Assembly (NCBI RefSeq): GCF_036321535.1
Contig: NC_087436.1
Span: 66,838,001-66,902,000, forward strand
DNA from: Camelus dromedarius
Lineage: Eukaryota
Direction: 5' to 3'
Length of the DNA: 64,000 nt
The translations under genes were made by a program, and so were the position numbers. The notes below the pieces were generated by a model. The model ran no database searches. It was not told where the DNA came from and saw only the letters and a program-made list of their open reading frames with translations. Below, in pieces: positions 1 to 13,090 of the stretch (position 1 is its first letter; every line of letters starts with the position of its first letter).

Positions 1-614
1 TATTACAAGCAATTTTCACTTCACCACACTAAAAAGATCATCTGTGTAGTCTAGTCTTGACTTACAAGTTTAAAAGAAAGTTAGTTGTGCCATCTAAAAT
101 TTTAGCATTTTTTTCCTCCATTGATTGGTGGGCTTTTCATGTACTCAGTGACCTTCTCCTTGCCAGACTACACTCACTTCATTCATCATTCAAACAAAAG
201 GATTAATGTTCTTGGACAAAAATATTAATCTTAGTTCAAATAATTGTGCTTCAAACCCACTACCTTCAAATCCGCATAGGGTAACAGCCACAGGAACAAG
301 ACTGGCAATTTCTTCCATCAATTCAACTCCTCTAGTAGCTCAAGGAATGAAAATGCTTCAATCTTATATTGAATACTGACTCCATTTTAAAATTTAACAT
401 TCAAGACATGCCACCTTCTTTGCTACCACTGTCATCCAGCCCAGCAAAATCTCTTCCTGGATCCTGTAATAACATCCTAATTGGTGTCCCTTCTTCCATG
501 CTGGCCACAGAACTATTAGCTACCAAGCTGTCAAAGTGATCTTAATATCTTAGCATGAATTACTTTCTATAGCTTTTAGAAGCATAAGGCAAAAAAATAT
601 CTATTTGGAAAGAA

Positions 615-787
615 TGGACTTTGGTGATTATCATGTGTCATTGTAGGTTCATCACTTGTAACAAAAGGATCACTATGGCGAGGGATGTTATAAGAGGGGC
701 AGGTGCACATGCGTGGGAGCAGGGGGCATATGAGCCATGGCTGTACATTCCTCTCAATTTTGCTGTGAATTTAAGACTGTTCTAAAA
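615..787 (+). mobile_element. Ancient L1 (L1MC-like) 3' end fragment
   Basis: ggactttggtgattatcatgtgtcattgtaggttcatc...ctctcaattttgctgtgaatttaagactgttctaaaa resembles the L1MC 3' terminus and is similar to the fragment at ~36218-36373. Confidence 0.65.
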
Positions 788-1670
788 TTTTTTACACCTT
801 TTCTTGACAGAATGAAGTTACCTATATATTGATTTCCCCATTAAATTCTCAAATAATTTGTTCACTTTGTAATCTCAGAAAAGAGTGTAATATTCCTTAA
901 GAACCTAAGACTAACTGTGGCAAAGAATTCATCAGTATAAATCCTACATTGCATTTTCCTCTTCTGTCCTCTCTCTTAAAATTGAAATAAGAGCGGTGCT
1001 TTGCTTCTTTAAGTATAACTTTATACAATCTCAAAAGGGTATTCATGCAAGAGAGAAAATTCCTCTCCCATTTTGACTCATGCCTGGAGCATGAACAGTG
1101 AAACCTTATTCCTCACCACATACCTTCTAATGATACTTCAAAGACTTACAAAGCACCCCAGAGGCTGTTCAGAAGTGCCCATCCTTCCCTGATGAAGTCT
1201 GGCTAACAGAACGGTGGCTTCAATCACTTTGGAATGAGAAATAGGTACTTTCTTTGAGATATTTTGCATTACATACATTGATTATCCAAAAGCAAATAGT
1301 AGCTTAAAAATTTTTTTAAGTATAATTGAAAAAAAAAGGGAAAACCATATTTGTTTTTGCAATATAATCCCAAATATCTTAAAATCACCATCCTTTTCTT
1401 TCCATAAAAGAAAACAAATAATTTTGGACAAAGTTCTGAAAAAAATACCATTCTTTTACATTTCAATCACAGTTACCACATGTTATAATCCCAAATATCT
1501 ATCAAAGTAAGCATTTTCATTTTTGCTAGCCATCAATTATAACATATTCTAGGTACATTAACTCAAAGTTATACAAAATGCATATTTAAGGACATCGATT
1601 GGATCAAGATGGTGGAATAGAAGGAAGTGGAGCCTACCTCCTCCTACAAGTGCATCAAAAATACATCTAC

Positions 1671-1776
1671 GTAAGTCATGAAATGTTTATACCAGACTCC
1701 AGTTTCTAGGGGCTATAATGCAAATTGCTTTCAGAAAATAAAATTTTTTCAATGATCAAAAAAAAAAAAAAAAAAA
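1671..1776 (+). other. Short polyadenylated insertion (probable 5'-truncated retrocopy) in L1 5'UTR
   Basis: 87 bp AT-rich segment with AATAAA at 1737-1742 and A19 at 1758-1776, interrupting ...aatacatctac|...|ctacatgtggaac. Confidence 0.65.
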
Positions 1777-2931
1777 GAAAACTACATGTGGAACACTTCT
1801 CACAGAATACCTGCTGAATGCTGACAGAGTATCTTGTAAAATCAAAATAGCAAGAAAAATCAACATATAACCAGGTAGGACAAAAAGGGGGGAAAAAAAA
1901 GGAACTGGGATGGGACCTGTGCCCCTGGGAGGGAGATGTGGAAAAGGAAATATTCCTTCACCCTGGGAAGTTCTCCACCTGCAGGGAGATCAGCCGGGAC
2001 AGAAAGGGAGACTCAGGCTCAGAGGAGAGTGTAGGAGCTGGCCTGCAGCAGGCAGAACAGAGAGAGACCAGCACAGGGGGTTTGTGCCACCTTCCTAAAC
2101 TCCCCAGCCCCAGACGCATGTCTGCAGGCGCACGCAGCGGCGGGGTGCTGGAACTCTGGCTTCAGAGGGTAGATCTGCGAGGAGGACTGGGGTTGGTTGT
2201 GCGGAGACACCCCGAAGGAGCCCAGGTCTACCACTGAAACCCCATTGTTAACCTACCCAGAAGAAAGGGGCAGGCCCGCTGCAGCGGAATTGTTCTCCGT
2301 GCGCTCACAGCGGGCGTGGCTCCACCTCTATAGCTCTGGGAGAGTGCAAGCACCTGTGGGCTGCCCACACGCAGAGGTGGGGCTAAAATCGGAACCATTC
2401 CAGTGACTGCGATCCACGAATTTATTCAACTTTGTAAACTCGGTGCCTCTGGGACATCTGAGTGGATTATTGGTGCTCCCATAGCTGGGGCAGGTCCAGC
2501 AATAGCACATGTGGAGGCTTGGTTGGGGTCTGGGCTGATTCAGTAGCTTCTATGACAGGTCCGGGTGCCTGACCTCAACAGTTCTGCACCAACAAATATG
2601 CAAAGCACCTGAGGGAAATCTGGGCCAGTTGCCTGCATTCCCATGGGTGAGGTGGGTCTGAGGGTGGTGCCAACAAGAGCATACTTTGTGTGCCTGCAAA
2701 ACAGGTGACAGGCGCCACCACAGAGAGCACTTCTTGGTGGACAGTTCCTGCGGAGGTATACCTAGTGTCTCCTCTCCCGGCAGAAGTACTCCAATCCAGC
2801 ATACCTGACACTACAGTTAAGAAATGGATCTAAGGGCTTCTATGCCAACAACTGGGGAGCAGACCCCACCCTCAAAAAGTCCTTAACAGCCATGGAGCAA
2901 AAAGGAGACCCTGTTCAACTTCCAGCGCATG

Positions 2932-5350
2932 CTCCCAAACTCGTTCTATGAAGCTACCATCACCCTAACATGAAAACCAGAAAAATACAATACCAAAAAA
3001 GAAAATTACAGGTCAATATCTTTCATGAATATAAATGCAAAAATTCTCAACAAAATATTACCAAACTGAATCCAACAACACATAAAAAAGATTGCACACC
3101 ACAATCAAGCTGCATTGATCCCAGCATCACAAGGATGGTTTAACATATGTAAATCAATCAATATGATACACCACATGAAAAGACAAGACAAAAACCACAC
3201 AATCATCTCAATAAATGCAGAAAAAGCATTTGATAAAATTCAACATCCATTTATGATAAAAACTCTGATTACCAAAGTGGGTACAGAGAGAACATACCAC
3301 AACATAATAAGCGTTATTTATGACAAACCCACAGCCAACATAATACTCAATGATGAAAAGCTGAAAGCTTTCTTGCTAAAATCTGGAACAAGACAAGGAT
3401 GCCCACTCTTACCACTTATATTAAACATAGTATTAGAAATCCTAGCCAAAGAGATTTACAGAAAGAAAAATAAATAAAAGGTGTGCAAAAGAAAAATAAA
3501 TAAAAGGCATGCAAAAGAAAAATAAATAAAAGGCATCCTAATACACCAGGAAAGGAAGAAGAAAACTGTCACTATTTGCAGATGACATGATACTACATAT
3601 AGAAAACCTTAAGCACTCCACACAAAAACTTTCAGAGCTGATAAACAAATTCAGCAAGGTAGCAGGATACAAGATTAACTTACAGAACTCTGTTGCATTT
3701 CTTCACACTAACAATGAAATGTCAGAAAAAGAAAGTCAAAAAAACAAAGAAAGAAATCCCTTTTAAATCACATAAAAAATACTTAGGAATAAACCTGACC
3801 AAACTGATGAAAGACTTATACACTGAGAACTATAAAACATTGATGCATTTATGATGGTTGTGTGAAGAAAGCCCGAATGAGCCCAGGTCTGCCATTGAAG
3901 CCCCATTGTTAACCTACCCAGAAGAAAGGGGCAGGCCCGCCATAGCAGCCTCTTTCTCCATGGACTGGAAGAATTGGATTGGAAGAATTAATACTGTTAA
4001 AATGGCCATAATATCCAAAGCAATCTACAGATTTAATGTGATCCCTATCAAATCATTGATGGTATTTTTCACAGAACTAGAACAAATATTCTTAAAATTT
4101 ATATGGAATCACAAAAGACCCAAAACTGCCAAAGCAATACTGAAGAAAAGGAACAAAACTGGAGGCATAATCCTCCCAGATCTTAGACAATACTATAAAG
4201 CTACAGTAATCAAAAGAGCATGGCACTAAAACAGACATATGGATCAATGGAATAGACTAGAGAGCCCAGAGGTAAACCCACACCCCTATGGTCAATTAAT
4301 CTTCAACAAAGGAGGCAAGAATATGCAATGGAGAAGCCAGTCTCTTCAGCAAGTGGTGTTGGGAAAGCTGGACAGCAGCATGTAAATCAGTGAAATTAGA
4401 ACACTCCCTCACACCATACACAAAAATAGACTCAAAATGACTTAAAAACCTAACTATAAGACATAACATCATAAAACTCCTAGAAGTGAACAGAGGCAAA
4501 ACGTTTTCTGATATAAATCTTAGCAGTTTTCTTATGTCAGTCTCCCAAGGCAAAAGAAATGAGAGCAAAAATAAATGGGACCTAATCAAACTTATAACCT
4601 TTTGCACCGAACAATAAACAAAATGAAAAGACAACCTACAGAAAGGGAGAAAATATTTGCAAACAGTGATACCTACAAGGGATTAACTTCAAAAATATAT
4701 AAACAGTTCATACAACTCAATAACAAAACAAACAAACCCAATCAAAAAAATGGGCAGAAGACCTAAATAAACATTTCCCCAATGAAGACATACAGATGGC
4801 CAATAGGGACATGAAAAGATTCTCAACATCACTAAATTATTAGAGAAATGTAAATCAAATCTACAATGAGGTACCACCTCACACAGGTCAGAATAGCCAT
4901 CATTAAAATGCTACAAATAACAAATGTTGGAAAGGGTGTGGAGAAAAGGAAACCCTCCTACACTGTCATTGGGAATGTAAATTGATGCAGCCAACATGTA
5001 GAACAGTATAGAGGCTCCTTAAAACACTAAAAACAGATTTAACATATGATCCAGCAATCCCACTCCTGGCATATATCTGGAGGAAACTTTAATTCGAAAA
5101 GATGCATGCACACCGATGTTCATAGCAGCACTATTTACAATAGTCAAGACATGGAAGCAACTTAAATGTCCATTGACAGATGACTGGACAAAGAAGCTGT
5201 GGTATATATATATATATGATGGAATATTACTCAGTCATAAAAAGAATCTAATAATGCCATTTGCAGATGGACCTAGAGATTATCCTACTAAGTGAGGTAA
5301 GTCAGAAGGAGAAAGATAAATACCATATGATATCACTTACATGTGGAACC
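2932..5350 (+). pseudogene. Disrupted L1 ORF2 (RT and C-terminal region)
   Basis: ORF-track fragments 3115-3477, 3858-4229, 4575-4766 and 5261-5473 match L1 ORF2p peptides and are separated by stops and frameshifts. Confidence 0.9.
3462..3539 (+). repeat. 26-bp tandem triplication inside L1 ORF2
   Basis: aaagaaaaataaataaaagg followed by tgtgca / catgca / catcct, three copies. Confidence 0.9.
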
Positions 5351-6171
5351 TCAAATACGATACAAATGAACTTTTTTATTAAACAAAGACAAACTCATAG
5401 ACACAGAAATCAAACTTACTGTTACCAAAGGGAAAAAGGGTTGGGGAGGGATAAATTAGGAGTTTGGGATTAGCAGGCATAATCTACTATACATAAAACA
5501 GATAAACAACAAGGTCCTGCTGTACAGTACTGGGAACTACTTTCAATATCCTGTAATAAACCATACTAGAAAAGAATCTTTAAGAGAATATATATATATA
5601 TATATAGCTTTATAATGGAATCACTTTTCTGTACACCTGAAACTGACACAACATTGTAAATCAACTATACTTCAACTAAAAAAAAAGAAAAAATGAAACA
5701 CAATTATGACACCTAACTATGACATTCAAAGGACAGAATGGCACTTTTATAACAACTGAATTCATAGTTAAGAAACAATTGAACAACAACATAAAATAAG
5801 AATCAAATAGAATATATCCCTGAGCATGGCAAAACTTTTACATCAAAAGTATTATTAAAATTGTGTCAACTTTTCGTAACTACATTCAAGAGCTCTTAAT
5901 GTTAAATTTCTTTCCCCCTGATCTAATACCATCGATCTAGTAAGTTTCCTGGAATAATCAAAGGAGGCCTGACACTGTGGTCAGGTACATGTAAATCAGC
6001 TATGTTAGATGTTTATGACTGACTGTGTTTTGATGTGACCAGGAATGGGAGGAGTCTGCAGGAGAAAGCAGACACAACATATTCAGCAGGCTGTCTGCCA
6101 CAAGGAGGATTTTTTTTCCCTTCTAGTTTAATTATTATCATTTTCTCTTGTAAATTTCCAACATTTTTTAA

Positions 6172-6330
6172 AATTTAATAATATTTTCCCAGCTTTACAG
6201 AGGTATGACTGACAGATGAAAATTGTACATATTAAAAGTTTACAATATGATAGTTTGATATATGTATTCTTTCTGAGACAATCACCACAATCAAGCTAAG
6301 TAAAATATCTGTCACAAAGTCATACTCTTT
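6172..6330 (-). mobile_element. L1 3' end fragment
   Basis: cccagctttacagaggtatgactgacagatgaaaattgtacatattaaaagtttacaatatgat...caccacaatcaagct resembles the reverse complement of an L1M 3' tail. Confidence 0.6.
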
Positions 6331-9300
6331 TGATAGTTAAAGCTCATGTTTCATTCCTTCACAATTATTTTACAGGTAAAGGTGAAGTTTCAGTAGGTGG
6401 AGAAATCTATCCAGTGAAATATTTTGGAATCATTAGGAGAATGGGCTAGAGAGAAAAAATAAATTGCATTGAAAAGTTTAATTTACTTTCAGCTTTTATT
6501 CAAAATGCTGTTGATCCTATCTATGTATTTTATTGGTAGTTTTTTTTTTAACCAATTCAGTGATTGCTACTTAGTGTGGCAGGTGTTAAAATTTATAATC
6601 TATTTCTATATAATTCTTCAAACAAAGAAAGACTAATACATATTTCTTTCCACATGAATATTTAACTTTTGTTATCAATAGCAAATAAATTAACATGCCT
6701 ATTCTTAAAGTTAGTAAGAATGTAAATCATATAAAAAATTTTAAGTGCCAAAGTATGTCAGAAAACTTATTCTGCAGTATTCCTCATTAATTTATACACA
6801 CACACACAAACACACACACACAAACATACCACACTTGCACAAAGGAGGGAAAGGGGTAGCTAGTCCAAGTAAACTTGTGATAGAGACAGATCACTGCTTA
6901 AAAAAAAGTACATTACCTTGCTCAGCTGAAATACAAAATAAAACAAAAGAGATAAGTACTCCATGACTGTGGGCACCTATAAATTAAAAATTAGACAGTA
7001 AAGTTTTAATGTTTACAAATTTACTTAAAACAAGTGTTGTTTTCCTTGAATGTAAGCAAAGAAACAAAAACGAGTGATGCTTGTCTTTAAATTTGAAAGC
7101 AGTAGAGCAGAAATGAAGAGGAAATACATTGTTCAAATGATTCATAATTAAAAACAGCTGTTGAATTAATTCTGTATTCTATTTAGCATCTATATATTTT
7201 TGGTAAAATAATAAACATTTTTAAATAGGAAGGAAGAAAAATTCTCTCTAAAAAAGAGGCAAGCTTTGCTGAGCTGGTCATCAATATTTTTCATTTCTAT
7301 GGTTTCCATTTTCACTGAGTAACAGTTTTTAGGAACTTTTCCCCTCAATCTTTGTGCATATAAACAATGGTTCTAGTAATTTAGAAAAATTTAAAAGAGA
7401 AAGTTTGTGGTAGTAAATAAGCATAATCTTTTGAACTGTAATGGAAAAAAATAGTTTTTACTTTCAAATGCCTTTGCCTTCCATGCAATTGTTGTAAGTT
7501 AAATGAATACAGATTTGCAAAATTGTGTTTCATGGTTAATAATTTCTTAATACTCATAATGCAAGCTATTTTCTAATTTTACTACATCAGCACACATGAA
7601 AAATTATACTTACGTAAAAATCCTAATTTAGTGGAGAAAGATTCTTAAGTGGTTTCTGTATAAAAATATGCATAATTAACAGACTGAAATTCTGTACAAA
7701 TCACTAAATATCCCACTAAGTATGAGATTTTTAAACATATTTGTACAATCTGTCATCTACCTTTCTCTCTAAAATATGTGAAAATGAATTAGTGTTAAGA
7801 TTTTTTAATACTCCATCAACTCTTTAGATCAATAAAACTGTTCTGGAAAAGTATAGAATTCTTTAAAAAAAATAACCAATTACTTGAGAAGAATTTGTTA
7901 TAGAATAAAACCTAAATTCAGATTACTGTGAACAGCATGCTTACATCACAAAAACAGCATGGCTTTTCCTGGTTCCATTAAATCCTAAAACACTCTAGTC
8001 TACATTTTTAAAACAAATGAGTGTAAAGATGTATTTTTACAGCAAAACTTAGCCAAAGGGACTTGAATTTTTTTCATAATTGAGAAACATTTTAACTAAA
8101 GCTTACATGTAGGAAAAGTGAGAGAGGCGGGTAGAATATAATGAGTTGATCAGCTATTAGGTAATCAAACATTGCTTTTCCTATCAAGCTAATTTTGGTC
8201 CTGTAACTGTGACTTAAGAACTTGATGTGAACAAAAAGCTAAGTTTTCATAGTGACAGCAGTTGTGGGCAATCATTTAAGCTAAGTCATTGGGTTGCTAA
8301 TTATTGCTCATGTTTTCTGGGCATTTGCTTAATTATGAAATATGTAAAGAACATTTGAAATCTCATGTATTTCATTGCAAAAGAAATGGCAGCAATGGGA
8401 AGTGTTGCAAAAAAAAAAGAAAAAATACATAATCTTATGGAAGGAGAAGAGATTTAAAAAATAAAGATGACCAAAAAGGAAAATATCATATATTCATATG
8501 AATTGAAATATTTGGATATTGGACAGTAACAAAAATTCTGAAAGACAAAGAACAGAATCTGCATCATGAAAAGTGCTGGTCCAATGCAATATTAAGCAGA
8601 CCCTCTGCAAACATGGAAGAAAAGTAATTAATCAAATGTAAAATCTTTCTAGTGTGTGTTTAGAAGCTCAGATCAATGTAGTTACCCATCAGACAAATGT
8701 TAATGCAGGAAAAGGCTAGAATTTGTTCTATTTAAGGGCCAAGTATGTTAAAAGTCTACACATCTTTATTTACATGAACTGAAATTGGAAAGATTTCTTT
8801 CCCTCCTCGAAGATCAGATTTCAGGGCCATTCACAAGGACATTATTTTTCCTACTTAACTGGATAGTAAAGGCTGCCAAAAGGAAAGTTGGGAGGAGAAA
8901 GAAACTTGTTAAAAGGAAAACCATGAATCAGTATGAATAGCTACTATGCAAATTTGCTTGAAAAATAGGGACAATCAAGAGTGAACGCCTGAACAGTGTT
9001 CTGCCAGTCTGGCACTGAAAGAAAGGAGACTCTCAGAAGACAGCAAAGGGGATTTCTATCCCAGAGGCAGATCTCTACTGCCTGTGCCGGCTCTGGCAGA
9101 TTTCAGGGCATTAATTTCTGTGGTTCTATTTCTGAACCCTGCGTTCCCCTGCTCTTCAATTTTGTTCTCCTTCATGGGAATGGAAAATGAAGGAATAGTA
9201 CCACAAAATACCTGAAGATTCTAAACATGCTGTGGTAGCTGTTCTGTTTTCTCCAATTTGTTAAAGACAAATAAAAGGAAAAACACCTACTTTGTTTTAG

Positions 9301-10029
9301 AATTGTTGATGAAATGTTAATGCTGATTAGTGTGTCACAAGGAGACTGTATTTTTAACTAATCACGTGTGCTCCTTAATTTCTGACGGGAGAACTTGAAG
9401 GGAGCCAAGTAATTAATGGGTCTTGGAAATGTTTAATTAAAATTTTAATCAACATGAAAGTGCATAAAAACACAATTATTTTAGTCAAATATGATTCCAC
9501 TGAAGTAAGTCTGCTATGAGAGGAAAGAACATGTAAAATAAACACACACACATTATTAGTTGATTTATAATATGTCACCTTCCCACATTCTCAAACTTGA
9601 TTAGTAATAAATGAAAATTTTCTTTCCATTTCAAGCTATGAAAGCACATTGATATACATGAAGTATTACCTTCTTCCTTTCAATCTGATTAAACTGTTCA
9701 GTACATGAAAATGCATAACCCAAGAGTTTATTTGCTATCTCACTATAGCAATAAATATACACATTATAAATTTCATTGTTTTATTAGGGTATAATGTAAA
9801 TCAATGTAACCAACAAAGAATAGATAGAAAGAAATGATAACCTGAGAACCCACCTTCAGAATACACCAACATTATTATTCTTCTTAGAGGTAGGAAAATA
9901 GACATTTTGATAAGCTACATGTACTTTCATTTGTGAACTGAAATAAACATACCACATTTGTTTCTCTGTTGAGCGTGGGAGAGGGAGGAGCACACTGGAT
10001 TTTACATGAAGAAGCAGAATCTTGTTTTG

Positions 10030-10225
10030 GTTAATGGAATAGTGTCTGGTATCAGCCTGCCTGGCTTGTGTACTGGATTTAGCACTGTGACTTTTAGGCA
10101 AGTTATCTAAACTCAGTGTTCTCATCTGTCAAATGAAGAAAATATTATGCCTACATCACAGGGTCATTATTAGGATAGAATGGTTTAATTTATGAAAACA
10201 ATATAGTAAGCATTCCATAATTTAC
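10030..10225 (+). mobile_element. MIR SINE
   Basis: Core motif ctgtgacttttaggcaagttatctaaactcagtgttctcatctgtcaaatg. Confidence 0.7.
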
Positions 10226-10779
10226 ATAATAAATAATGACATGTCCCTCCTATTTCTTCTTCTGTTAAAATAGATTTCTATTTGATTTGAGAATTATTCT
10301 ATTTATGTGAACTAATATTTGCTAATAATCATTTTTAAATATATATCCCAGCCAGATGAGGAGTTAAGAACTCATAATTTCAAATGTATGTTTTTTTCTA
10401 CAATGCATTATTTAGTTTTTCTCTACAATGAAGAGTCTAATGGCCTAAAACAGTGGTTTTCTAAGCACAGATCAGCCCCTACCACATCAGAATTAGTAAG
10501 TATAATTATTAAAAATGTAGGTACTTTGACCTACACTATATCTACTACATCAGAGTCCTGGATGTTTTTGAAATGCCACTGTAACATACAAATGTATGCT
10601 TTTAAAATTCATTGTTAAGGAGAGTTGCTTAAGAACGAACTTCTTGAAGAAGGTTCCCACAGTGTGATAAAGGACTCTATGTACTTCCACTGTAATAAAT
10701 TTTTTCACATTAAAATTTTTTATTTTCAGTTACTTTATCTTAAAATTTTGAAGCAATAAAGTTAATTTCATACTAAGAA

Positions 10780-11310
10780 ACTTTAATGGCTCTTCAATGA
10801 ACAAAAAGTTAACTACTTTTACTCTGGTTTTAGAGACCTCCAAAATCTTGCACCAACATCCCTTTCCAAACTAACAGTCCCACTGTTTCACATGCAGCAC
10901 AATCAAACTGGACCATCTGAAGTTCTTCCTTTGCATCCTTGAGGATAATAATTCTATGCTTTTACTCAATATATTCCACAGCCCAGTGTGTTCTTGTTGG
11001 TCTCAACATGTCTGAATTCTACCTACATTTCATGGCCTTATTCAAATAGTATTTCCTTCATGAAATAAAGGAGATTTTTTATTCTCTTATCTGGAAATAA
11101 TTACTATTTCTTTTGAATGTCCACATTGATTCATTAATCTCCTTAATAGATCTACTTTTAATTTTGTCATAGTTACTTGTGTACATACATAATTTTTCAC
11201 ATTATACTCACTGAAGGCAGGAATTATGATTTATTTTTGTATGTTGAATATTGCCTAGAATAGTGGCTTTCTAATAGAAGATATGAAAATTATTATAGAC
11301 TAAATGTATT
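10780..11310 (+). mobile_element. L2 3' fragment
   Basis: L2-like 3' motifs (ctacctacatttcatggccttattcaaat; ctgaaggcaggaattatg; gcctagaatagtggc). Confidence 0.5.
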
Positions 11311-12914
11311 AATAGAAATAAGGTTAACGTAAATATCTATACGTGAATGTGTTCAATCACTTATTTAATTAGCCATTCACTGATAAGATTTATTTATGCC
11401 CATTTTACTCCACTTAGGATATGAGATTAATATCACCATCAAATAATTATATATTATTTAACATATATTAATATATTCATTAATATAAATTTGAATATGA
11501 ATTTATTCTTCTAAACATCCCCCAATTTTTTTCTTTCATTAATTTTAAGTGCCTAAGCCATACAATGAAAACGCATGTGAATGTTCACATCTCATTTTTC
11601 AAGATACCAGGAATCAGTTACATTTTTACATTTTAAAGCCTGCAAACAAGGTGGGCAAGGAGCATAATCAGAAATATGAATTATCGTAGTTCTTAACCTC
11701 TGGAGATTAAACAGGGGCCAACTATGTCCCATGCACATCCAAGGAATAAAATAATCACATTCAACACTTGGTTTAACTGCTAATTCAAATAGACTCTAGA
11801 AACAAATTAAGAGAAATAATACATTTTACCAGTGGTCTTCAATTCAAATTTTATGCTCTAACCTTCGCAAATTACCATATCACATCATTACAATTAAAGC
11901 TAAAGGAAAAGCAAAACAGCAATTTAAAAAATTAAGCCTGATTTTATGGAAAACTAGTTTTCCAACCTTCCTTGATTGTGATAGATCACAAATCACTGCT
12001 CTCTGGTGATCTGCATATTTCTTATAATATTTATAAATATTTCCATTTCACCAATTGCACAATGGAAATATGAAAGATTACCTCTAGATAAGGTTTGCCC
12101 TTCTAATATGGTATCAAGTCAGTGGTCTTAACTAGTCATGTACAGGAGATTTACTTACAACGCATGATTACCTACAAATCCTTTTGTAACTTCTCACATG
12201 CAGGATATTACAAAAGGAAAATACATAGCATAGTAATGTATATAGTTTATTAAAATTATTTACCACTAAAAAATTTTCCCAACATAGGAAAAATAAAATA
12301 ACCCCCCAAATTTATCTGCTTATGCATTTTCAGTCTGTCTTTTGTTAGAACAGGGATGAAACAAACACTAAAGACACTACAACCAATACTGAGGACTCTG
12401 TAATTTTTATGAAGGAAATCTAAGGAAGAAGTATTTCAAAATCAGCAAAATCAAAGAATAATCAATTAAAAATGTATTTACTGATTCTAAAATATTCTGT
12501 TACCCAATCCAACATAACCCACTTGGTTGGCTAAAAAAAGGGCTTTGTATCCAGAGCTAATGTTTTGAATAGAAAACCTTACCCAAATCATATTTTGAAA
12601 TAATCTACCCTCTGTATGGAATTATATTTGAAATTCAGCCTGGGAAGTTTAAAAAGAATCTATTTTTGACCTTTTTCAGTTCTATTATTTGCTGTAATGT
12701 TAATGCCTTGAAAATAAATAAATATGCTACAATTTTTAAACTAACATATACACAAATATGTATAATGATTCTGATGATAAAACATATTTAGGAAAATTAA
12801 AAATATATGGGTACAGAATTATGTTCATCTATGTAGAATTTAGTCTTAAATTTCAAATGCATATTTTATAATACACTTACATTTCCAAATATGAACTTAA
12901 CTATCTTACTGGAG

Positions 12915-13090
12915 ATAGCCAGACATAATCTGAATCTCAGTTCCATCAATAACCACAATATTGAGTAATCCTTAGTTTCCGTGTGCCTCAGTTTTCTTAG
13001 CTTCAGGTGAAGATTCCGTTTGGGAGAATTAAATGAATATTGAATGTTAATTACTTAGCCTTGTTCCTGGAATATACTAAATAGCTGTTA
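12915..13090 (+). mobile_element. MIR SINE
   Basis: gtgtgcctcagttttcttagc...gggagaattaaatgaata...acttagccttgttcctgg. Confidence 0.6.

Larger units (their letters stand above)
1597..5693 (+). mobile_element. LINE-1, internally deleted and rearranged (5'UTR + 3' part of ORF2 + 3'UTR + poly-A), antisense to EPHA5
   Basis: Starts ggatcaagatggtggaatag, a typical L1 5' end. GC/CpG-rich 5'UTR to ~2930. ORF2 RT motifs follow ([43 protein letters not shown] at ~3570-3590, [12 protein letters not shown]). Ends aaatcaactatacttcaactaaaaaaaaagaaaaaa. Confidence 0.93.

Noticed and set aside
1575..1596. TSD for the large L1 (aaaatgcatatttaaggacatc vs aaaatgaaacacaattatgacacc after the tail)
   Set aside because: Similarity is too degenerate to call confidently.
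1910..2811. Short GC-rich ORFs / CpG-island promoter of a host gene
   Set aside because: They fall within the L1 5'UTR and show no recognisable protein similarity.
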